Assembly: GCA_019638695.1 (NCBI GenBank)
Contig: JAHBTG010000002.1
Coordinates: 14,561-78,560, forward strand
DNA length: 64,000 nucleotides
Direction: 5' to 3'
From: Bacteroidota bacterium
GTDB taxonomy: Bacteria > Bacteroidota > Bacteroidia > J057 > JAJTIE01
Below are positions 57,315 through 64,000 of the stretch, one piece after another; the stretch's first letter is position 1; each line of letters begins with the position of its first letter. The translations under genes were made by a program, and so were the position numbers. The notes under the pieces are model-generated. The model did not search any database, was not told the DNA's origin, and saw nothing but the letters and a program-made list of their open reading frames with translations.

Positions 57315-57398
57315 ATACCTGCAAAGATAACCGCCAGGCAGGTGTGCTCAGGCAAAAAATTTACCTCTATCTTGTGGCCGCACAACCTCTGACTCCGT

Positions 57399-58712
57399 AT
57401 GGCTTCATTACGCAAAGACCTCGGCCTGTTCAGCCTCATCATGATCACGGTGGGAAGCGCCATAGGGTCGGGCATATTTCTCACCCCGGGCAAGGTAGCT
57501 TCTTATTTGCCAGATGCGGGTCTTATCCTGATGGCCTGGGGAATTGGGGGCCTGCTGGCGCTGCTGGGCTCGATGACCTATGCCGAACTGGGGGGTATGT
57601 ATCCCCAGGCAGGCGGCATGTACAATTACCTGAGGGCGGCCTATGGCAAGAAACTGGCCTTTATGTATGGATGGGCCAACCTGCTGGTCATCAACACCGG
57701 CTCGCTGGCGGCGCTGGCGCTGGCCTTTGCCACTTACCTGGATAAGCTCATTCCATTGGGCGGCGCATGGGGTATACAGGCCGCCGCCGCAGGCTGCCTG
57801 CTGCTGGTGACTGCCATGAACCTGTTCAGCGTGCGCACCGGCAGCCTGCTGGTCAACAGTATTACCCTGCTGAAGCTGCTGGGACTGGCACTTGTAGTAG
57901 GTGTAGGGCTATTTTATGTACACAATCCGGACTGTGGGTGCGCATCTACTTCCGGACCAGACTCCGGCAACCTGGGGCAGATGCTGGGGCTGGCTATGGC
58001 CGGGGTACTGTGGAGCTATGGAGGCGGCCAGCATGCCTCCTACCTGGCAGGTGAAGCCCGCAATGCGCAACGCACCATTCCGCAGGCCATGGTGCTGGGG
58101 ACGCTGGTGGTCATCATCTGCTACCTGCTGATGAACCAGGCCTACCTGAGCATGCTCACCCCGCAGGAAATGGCCACTTCGGATGCAGTGGCAGCAGACG
58201 CCCTCAGCCGCTGGCTGGGCCCCTGGGGCGGCCAGCTGGTAGCCGGCATCATTATGCTGTCGGTACTGGGCACGGCTTATGTCTTTACGCTGACAGCTCC
58301 GCGCATCTACTATCGCATGGCCGAGGAAAAGACGTTCTTCCCTTTCCTGGGCAAGTTAAACCCCCGCACAGATACGCCTGTCAATGCCATTCTGCTGCAA
58401 TCTGCCTGGGCCTTGTGCCTGCTGCTGTTCTGGGGCACCTTTTCCAATACCATCACCTATGTGCTCATTACCGACTGGCTGTTCTTCGGGCTGGCGGCAC
58501 TGGCGGTCATTGTCTTGCGCATCCGCCAGCCGGAGGCCCCGCGGCCTGTGCGGGTATGGGGTTATCCCTTTATACCGGGCTTGTATGTACTGGGCGCGTT
58601 TTCATTCGTAGTGTTCACCTTTGGCCAGAACTACCTGCAGGCAGTGGCTACAGCCGCAGTACTGGGCGCCGGTTTGCTGATGTATGTCTTGTTTGCCAGG
58701 CGCGGCAAATAA
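57399..58712 (+). CDS. APC-family amino-acid permease
   Basis: 437 aa, about 12 TM. The N-terminal GSAIGSGIF motif is typical of the APC superfamily. Confidence 0.85.
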   Translation: MASLRKDLGLFSLIMITVGSAIGSGIFLTPGKVASYLPDAGLILMAWGIGGLLALLGSMTYAELGGMYPQAGGMYNYLRAAYGKKLAFMYGWANLLVINTGSLAALALAFATYLDKLIPLGGAWGIQAAAAGCLLLVTAMNLFSVRTGSLLVNSITLLKLLGLALVVGVGLFYVHNPDCGCASTSGPDSGNLGQMLGLAMAGVLWSYGGGQHASYLAGEARNAQRTIPQAMVLGTLVVIICYLLMNQAYLSMLTPQEMATSDAVAADALSRWLGPWGGQLVAGIIMLSVLGTAYVFTLTAPRIYYRMAEEKTFFPFLGKLNPRTDTPVNAILLQSAWALCLLLFWGTFSNTITYVLITDWLFFGLAALAVIVLRIRQPEAPRPVRVWGYPFIPGLYVLGAFSFVVFTFGQNYLQAVATAAVLGAGLLMYVLFARRGK

Positions 58713-58731
58713 CATTCCCCGCCCAGCGGGC

Positions 58732-58917
58732 TTAATCCCACCACAATTTGCCGCGGTTCTTTTTAGCGCGGGCAGCCTCAAATTCTTCCCGGCTATACGG
58801 GCAGTGCTGGCATTTATTACCACAGCAATACCCGCGGGCCTTTAGATATTTGGCCGTAAAGACATAAAGCCCCTTCTCGTTAATGTAGTAATCTTCGCCC
58901 TCTTTGAGCTTGCTCAT
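58732..58917 (-). CDS. small Cys-rich protein (DUF5522-like)
   Basis: 61 aa with CCGNKCQHCP. 4-nt overlap with the upstream gene. Confidence 0.5.
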   Translation of the reverse strand: MSKLKEGEDYYINEKGLYVFTAKYLKARGYCCGNKCQHCPYSREEFEAARAKKNRGKLWWD

Positions 58918-59477
58918 GCGTGCTGGCGGCTAGCCACTTGCTGGCTCCGCTGGAACCAGGCCCAGCCGCCAAAGAACACCAGTGTGTACAGCACATCTGC
59001 CAGCAGGGTCATACGGTAAAAAGGCCAGCCCATTTGTACGGCCGTCACCAGCCCCTGCAGGTCAGCAGGATAGCTAAAGGGTGGGTGGTTACCCGTATCG
59101 CTTACCACCCAGCTACCCACATTGGTAACCAGGAAGAACAGCAGAGAGGCGATGACCGAAAGTACCAGGGGCCGGGCCACTCCCTGTTGTCTGCGCAACA
59201 GCCAGCCCATGCCCGCAACCAGGGCATAACCGCCATATACCCAGAGCGTAGTGCCATGCCAGATGGGATAATCGCGGGTGAAGTGGAGTAGCACATCGCT
59301 CACCAGCATGGCTGCCAGCACAGGCAGGACAGCCCACCAGCGGGCAGGGAACAAGGCGCCTGCAAACAGGGCAAAGGCGCCCAGCGGGGCAAAGTTCTCC
59401 CAGTGAGGGGTCACCCTGCTGATTGCACTGATGGTAGCCAGGACGGCAAACAGGATATAGAGCTGGCGATTACGCAT
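58914..59477 (-). CDS. small integral membrane protein (DUF6580-like)
   Basis: 187 aa, 5-6 TM helices. N-terminus ...TPHWENFAPLGAFALFAG. Confidence 0.45.
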   Translation of the reverse strand: MRNRQLYILFAVLATISAISRVTPHWENFAPLGAFALFAGALFPARWWAVLPVLAAMLVSDVLLHFTRDYPIWHGTTLWVYGGYALVAGMGWLLRRQQGVARPLVLSVIASLLFFLVTNVGSWVVSDTGNHPPFSYPADLQGLVTAVQMGWPFYRMTLLADVLYTLVFFGGWAWFQRSQQVASRQHA

Positions 59478-59527
59478 GGGGATTCACAATTAATTTCCTG
59501 TACAAAAATAACAAGTTTCCGGTTCGC

Positions 59528-60094
59528 CTAGTAAACGAGCAGGGTCTCGATCTGCTGAATGAGGCTGTGAATGATCTTGATATGCACTTCCTGCACACGG
59601 TCTGCATACCCGTAATGGGGCACCCGGATCTCCAGCGTGCAGAGAGGCGCCAGCTTACCGCCATCCTTACCGGTGAGGCCTACCACGGCCATACCCATAG
59701 CCCGCGCAGTCTCTGCGGCCAGCAGCACATTGGCGCTATTGCCGCTGGTGGATATGGCCAGCAAGACGTCGCCGGGTCTTCCCAGGGCCTCCACATACCG
59801 GGAGAACACATGATCATAGCCATAGTCATTGCCCACGCAGCTCATATGGCCGGGATCGGCAATGGCGATGGCGGGCAGGGCGCGGCGGTCATTGCGAAAG
59901 CGCCCGGAAAGCTCTTCGGCAAAGTGCATGGCATCGCACAACGAGCCGCCGTTGCCGCAGCTCAGCACCTTGCCGCCCTGCTGCATACTGTCGGCCATAA
60001 GCTGGGCCGCCCGCGCAATGCGGGCAAAGTTCTCCTCGGTGGCAAAGGCTTGCAACACCTGTGCAGCTTCGCGGAAATTAGTAGCGATAGGCAT
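59528..60094 (-). CDS. gmhA: SIS-domain phosphoheptose isomerase
   Basis: [17 protein letters not shown] and [10 protein letters not shown] motifs. Start at ATG 60094. Confidence 0.8.
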   Translation of the reverse strand: MPIATNFREAAQVLQAFATEENFARIARAAQLMADSMQQGGKVLSCGNGGSLCDAMHFAEELSGRFRNDRRALPAIAIADPGHMSCVGNDYGYDHVFSRYVEALGRPGDVLLAISTSGNSANVLLAAETARAMGMAVVGLTGKDGGKLAPLCTLEIRVPHYGYADRVQEVHIKIIHSLIQQIETLLVY

Positions 60095-60154
60095 AATAAA
60101 ACAGGGGACTATGTTTACAAATTTGTCCAAAAAAACCGCGCGGCAGACAAAGAC

Positions 60155-61069
60155 TCAGGCGTCCGTATCGTCCTCTTCTCCCGCCATCATTTCGCTGCTG
60201 CGTTTGAGCACCCGGTTAGCGATCTCTATACCCGTGGGTGTAGCGGCCAGTCCGCCCAAGGCTGTCTCCTTGTACTTGGCTTCCATACTCATGCCCACTT
60301 CGCCCATAGCATCTATCACTTCATCCACAGGGATAACGGCACTGTCATTGGCCAGCGCTATCTGGGCAGAAGAAAAAGCGATGACCGCCGCAGAAGCGTT
60401 GCGTTTGACGCAGGGCACCTCTACCAGCCCGGCAATGGGATCACAGATAAGGCCCAGCATATTCATAATGGTAATAGCTACCGCCTCGAATATCTGCACA
60501 TAGTCACCCCCCAGGCAATACACAATGGCTCCCGCGCCCATAGCCGCGGCAGTACCGGTCTCGGCCTGGCAGCCGCCTACGGCACCGGATATACTGGCCC
60601 GCCGTTCGATGATCAGGGCGATGCCTGCCGCCACCAGCATACCTTCCAGGACGAGTTGGTCCGAGAGGCCGTGGTGCTCCTGCAGGTTATACAGGATACC
60701 GGGCATAATGCCGCTGGCCCCGGCGGTGGGCGCCGCCACAATGCGGCCCATGCAGCTGTTCAGTTCCTTGGCGGCCAGGGTAGTATACACCAGTTTATGA
60801 AAGGCTTCTCCCAGGACCAGCGTCTTGCAGTCGCGCACCTTCTTGGCGCCATTGTGGATCATGCCGGAGAGAGAGGTCATATCCTCCGTGAGGCCAGTCT
60901 GAATGGCATCCCGCATGACGGCATAAGCGGTGGCCAAGCCCTCCCATATCTGCGATTCCTGGCGGCCTTTCTGGGTCACCTCATAAGCCAGTACAGGCTG
61001 CCAGGCAGGCTCTCCCGTGGCGGCCAGATGGTCGCCCCAGGTACGAAAGGAATCAAACAGAACAGGCAT
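60155..61069 (-). CDS. serine dehydratase alpha-subunit family protein
   Basis: IVAAPTAGASGIMPGIL motif typical of the iron-sulfur L-serine dehydratase alpha chain. No beta-chain gene is adjacent. Confidence 0.65.
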   Translation of the reverse strand: MPVLFDSFRTWGDHLAATGEPAWQPVLAYEVTQKGRQESQIWEGLATAYAVMRDAIQTGLTEDMTSLSGMIHNGAKKVRDCKTLVLGEAFHKLVYTTLAAKELNSCMGRIVAAPTAGASGIMPGILYNLQEHHGLSDQLVLEGMLVAAGIALIIERRASISGAVGGCQAETGTAAAMGAGAIVYCLGGDYVQIFEAVAITIMNMLGLICDPIAGLVEVPCVKRNASAAVIAFSSAQIALANDSAVIPVDEVIDAMGEVGMSMEAKYKETALGGLAATPTGIEIANRVLKRSSEMMAGEEDDTDA

Positions 61070-61185
61070 AGCGGACGATGTGGAAAATATAGCGGTAATG
61101 GCAGTATTAAATCTAAACAAATCCTCAATAGGAAAGGTGCAGAAGGCGTTAGTTTGCGAGTAACTTCGGTACAATCTTAGCAGCT

Positions 61186-63264
61186 ATGCCGCTCCCAAAC
61201 AAGGCCCGCCACACGCCCTACCGCTATCGTATCCGCGACCTCAGCTGGCTGGACTTCAATGCCCGGGTGCTGCAGGAGGCGCAGGACCGCCAGGTGCCGC
61301 TATATGAACGGATCAAGTTCCTGGCTATTTACAGCAATAACCTGGATGAATTCTTCCGGGTGCGGGTGGCCGGACTGGTCAGCCTGATGCACCTGCCCAA
61401 GAAATCCCGGGACAAACTGAACCAGGACCCCGAAAAGCTGCTGACCAGGATACAGCAAACCGTGCGGGAACAACAGGAAGCGTTTGGCAAAACGTACCGG
61501 GAGGATATTCTGCCACAACTGGCCAGGCAGGGCATCCTCATCCGCAATGACCGGGAACTGAGCCCGCGCCAGGAAACCTGGGTGCGCAAGCTGTTCTTTG
61601 ACCAGGTGCGGCAGCATATCTTTCCGCTGATACTGCACAAAGGCCACGCCCCGTATTTCCTGCAGAACCGCACGTTGTACCTCATCTCCGAGCTCGTCCA
61701 CCCGGACGACCGCCAGCATACGCTGCTGGGCATGGTGGAGATCCCCAGCCAGGTATTGCCGCGGTTCTATGTGCTGCCCTCTGCAGCCCAGGAGCCCTTC
61801 CAGATCATCTTCCTGGACGATGTACTGCGGCTGAACATGCCTATCATTTACCCGGATTACATCCCGCAGCACCATTATAGTATTAAGCTGACCCGCAGCG
61901 GAGAACTGGACTGGGGAGATGAGGAACAAGGCGACCTGGTGGAAAAAATACGGCGCAGCCTCAAACGCCGCAACCTGAACCCCCCTACCCGCCTGCTCTA
62001 CGACCGGCAGCTGCCGGAGCGGCACCTGCCGTTGCTATCCGTGTGTTTTGATGTCCCGGAAGATGAATTTGTCCCCGGCGGACGGCACCATAATTTCTCG
62101 GATTTCTTCAGTTTCCCTAATCCCGGCAGGAAACGACTGACGTACAGGCCCCTGAAACCCCTCCCCCACCCGGGATTCCCGGCCGGGCGGCCTATGTACC
62201 AGGTGATCCGGGAGCGGGACCAGTTGCTGCACACACCTTACCAGAGTTTTGAGCCTTTTCTCCGCTGGCTGCGCGAAGCAGCCACGGACCCCAACGTCAC
62301 CACCCTCTACATCACCCTCTACCGGGTAGCCGGCGACAGCCAGGTAGTGCACTCCCTGCTAGATGCACACCGCAACGGCAAGCGCGTAGTTTGTTTCTTT
62401 GAGGTGAAAGCACGTTTTGACGAAGAAAGCAACCTGTTCTGGGCCAGCGAGGTAGAGCGCGCCGGAGCAGAAGTCTATTACAGCCTGCCGGGCATCAAGG
62501 TGCATACCAAAACAGCCCTTATCGAACGCAATGAAGACGGGGAGACCCGGCGCTATGCCTTCTTGGGCACGGGAAACTTCAATGAAAAAACGGCTACGCT
62601 CTATACCGATACCGGGTTGTTTACGGCAGACCCCCGGCTTACCCACGAGGTGCGGCAGATATTTGCTTACCTCATAGAGCAGAAAACACACCGCTATGAA
62701 CATCTGCTGGTGGCCCCGGCCTACCTGAGGGAGGGCATAGCGCAGTTGATCCAGGAGGAAACGGCATTTGCCAAAGAAGGGCGCACGGCACATATTATCC
62801 TGAAGATGAACAGCCTGGAAGATGCCCAGATGATCTCACTGCTCTACGAAGCGGCGGAAGCCGGGGTGCGCATAGACCTGATCATCAGGGGGATCTGCTG
62901 CCTGGACTCCGGGCAGGCGCGCCTGCAGGGCCGCATCCGGGTAATCAGCATCATAGACTGTTTCCTGGAGCACAGCCGGGTATTCTATTTCTCCGGAGGG
63001 GGCGGCCAGCCAGGCTTTTACCTGTCCAGCGCAGACCTTATGGGCCGCAACCTGGACAAACGGGTGGAATGCGCCTTCCCGGTCTATGACCCGCAGTTGC
63101 AGCAGGAACTGTGGGAGCAACTGCAACTACAGCTGCAGGACAACTGCAAAGCACGCATACTGGACGGCTCCGGGCGCAACCGCTATGTGCCCCGCCTGCC
63201 GGGCAGCCCCAGGTGGAGAAGCCAGTTGCGCACTTACACACATTTCTCAGAGAAAGGCACATGA
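61186..63264 (+). CDS. ppk1: polyphosphate kinase 1
   Basis: 692 aa. N-terminus RDLSWLDFNARVLQEA. Phospho-His region GIKVHTKTALIER. Two PLD-like C-terminal domains. Confidence 0.93.
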   Translation: MPLPNKARHTPYRYRIRDLSWLDFNARVLQEAQDRQVPLYERIKFLAIYSNNLDEFFRVRVAGLVSLMHLPKKSRDKLNQDPEKLLTRIQQTVREQQEAFGKTYREDILPQLARQGILIRNDRELSPRQETWVRKLFFDQVRQHIFPLILHKGHAPYFLQNRTLYLISELVHPDDRQHTLLGMVEIPSQVLPRFYVLPSAAQEPFQIIFLDDVLRLNMPIIYPDYIPQHHYSIKLTRSGELDWGDEEQGDLVEKIRRSLKRRNLNPPTRLLYDRQLPERHLPLLSVCFDVPEDEFVPGGRHHNFSDFFSFPNPGRKRLTYRPLKPLPHPGFPAGRPMYQVIRERDQLLHTPYQSFEPFLRWLREAATDPNVTTLYITLYRVAGDSQVVHSLLDAHRNGKRVVCFFEVKARFDEESNLFWASEVERAGAEVYYSLPGIKVHTKTALIERNEDGETRRYAFLGTGNFNEKTATLYTDTGLFTADPRLTHEVRQIFAYLIEQKTHRYEHLLVAPAYLREGIAQLIQEETAFAKEGRTAHIILKMNSLEDAQMISLLYEAAEAGVRIDLIIRGICCLDSGQARLQGRIRVISIIDCFLEHSRVFYFSGGGGQPGFYLSSADLMGRNLDKRVECAFPVYDPQLQQELWEQLQLQLQDNCKARILDGSGRNRYVPRLPGSPRWRSQLRTYTHFSEKGT

Positions 63265-63343
63265 GCCCCACGCCCCGCCCGGCTTGTTCCATCTTTAGCG
63301 GCCCATTACTGGGGTATATGTATCTTGCAGAAAAATCCTGTGT

Positions 63344-64000
63344 ATGCGCGTCGGCATAACGCTGCGTAAAAATCTAGGCACGCTGGTCATTGTGGTGAGC
63401 ATTTGGGTACTCACCAATATGTTCATTTCCTGGGTCATCTGGGAGAGCGGGACGGATACCCCGGGGCAGCCCACCCTCGGACGCCGGCTGCTCTATGCGG
63501 CCCTGTCGGGGCTGGCCATCGGCATGTTCAATACTTTTGTGGAGCTGTTTGTGTTGCGGCGGCAGTTGCGCCGCTGGCCCACGGTACTGATCATTGCTAT
63601 CCGCACTACCCTGTTGCTGTTTTTCGTAGCGGCCGTATCTGTGTCTGCCTACGGGATTTATACGCTGGCCAAAGGTGTGCCCTTCCATGTGCAGGGACTC
63701 TCCCAGTTTATGGATACTGAATATGGCGAGAGCGGGATCATTGCCGCAGGCTTCACCATACTGGTAAGCCTCATCACCAATTTTGTGTGGCAGATATCCC
63801 GCACCCTAAGTCCGGAGCGGTTCTACAGTTACATCACGGGCCGGTATCACCGCCCCCGGGAGGTTTTTCGCGTAGTGATGTTCCTGGACATCAAGAGCAG
63901 CACGGCCATTGCCGAGCGGCTGGGCAATATCCGGTACCATGAGTTCCTCAATGAGTTCTTCTACGACCTGGACGAGGTCATAGCCCGCCACGAAGGGGAG
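63344..64000 (+). CDS. membrane-anchored class III adenylate/guanylate cyclase, N-terminal part; 3' end lies outside the window
   Basis: I translated this frame by hand from ATG 63344 to the window end and found no stop. It has 4 TM-like segments, then the start of a cyclase domain (FRVVMFLDIKSSTAIAERLG). It is not in the ORF track because it does not terminate in the window. Confidence 0.7.
   Translation, partial: MRVGITLRKNLGTLVIVVSIWVLTNMFISWVIWESGTDTPGQPTLGRRLLYAALSGLAIGMFNTFVELFVLRRQLRRWPTVLIIAIRTTLLLFFVAAVSVSAYGIYTLAKGVPFHVQGLSQFMDTEYGESGIIAAGFTILVSLITNFVWQISRTLSPERFYSYITGRYHRPREVFRVVMFLDIKSSTAIAERLGNIRYHEFLNEFFYDLDEVIARHEGE

Noticed and set aside
59567-61180. 537-aa plus-strand ORF
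   Set aside because: It is entirely antisense to gmhA and the serine-dehydratase-alpha-like gene. It is low-complexity (Gly/Ala/His/Arg-rich) with no recognisable motifs.

Overview
The window looks like chromosomal DNA from a Bacteroidota-type genome. I infer this from a T9SS C-terminal sorting domain, a HmuY/TonB heme locus, a DUF4290-murA pair and a TAnnTTTG-type -7 box. GC is mid/high-50s % by eye. Layout: (1) 1-4415 holds the tail of an RND efflux operon (pump plus outer-membrane factor) and a convergent two-component system. (2) 4821-12904 holds a complete type I, I-B-like cas operon in the unusual order cas6, cas5-like, cas3, unrecognised large subunit, cas7, cas4, cas1, cas2. (3) 12905-13097 is the leader. 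13098-21141 is a very large CRISPR array with 123 copies (122 intact plus 1 degenerate terminal) of the 30-bp repeat CTTTTAATCGTACCCTAGTGGAATTGAAAC and 122 spacers of 33-38 bp. (4) 21143-28791 holds a CzcA/CusA-type RND-adaptor-OMF operon and a second, paralogous two-component system. (5) 29003-37710 is a heme-acquisition locus: HemS-like protein, two HmuY-like paralogues (one with a T9SS tail), a TonB-dependent receptor and HmuTUV. (6) 37729-64000 holds mostly housekeeping and envelope genes: murA, a HK plus REC-GAF-PP2C pair, pfkA, trxB, tpiA, rpiB, gmhA, two GT9 heptosyltransferases, a radical SAM/SPASM enzyme, ppk1 and a partial membrane adenylate cyclase. I recognised no rRNA or tRNA genes, transposases or integrases. 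The most interesting signals are in the CRISPR-Cas region. The cas gene order is non-canonical and the Cas8-slot protein is unrecognisable to me. The array contains several families of sibling spacers whose mismatches fall in a single codon phase and are mostly synonymous, which suggests repeated sampling of the same conserved genes from diverged invaders. The array also ends 1 nt from the stop codon of a convergent czcA-like gene with no terminator between them. I found nothing that clearly amounts to a wholly new system. All functional calls come from motif recognition by eye and need HMM or BLAST confirmation.
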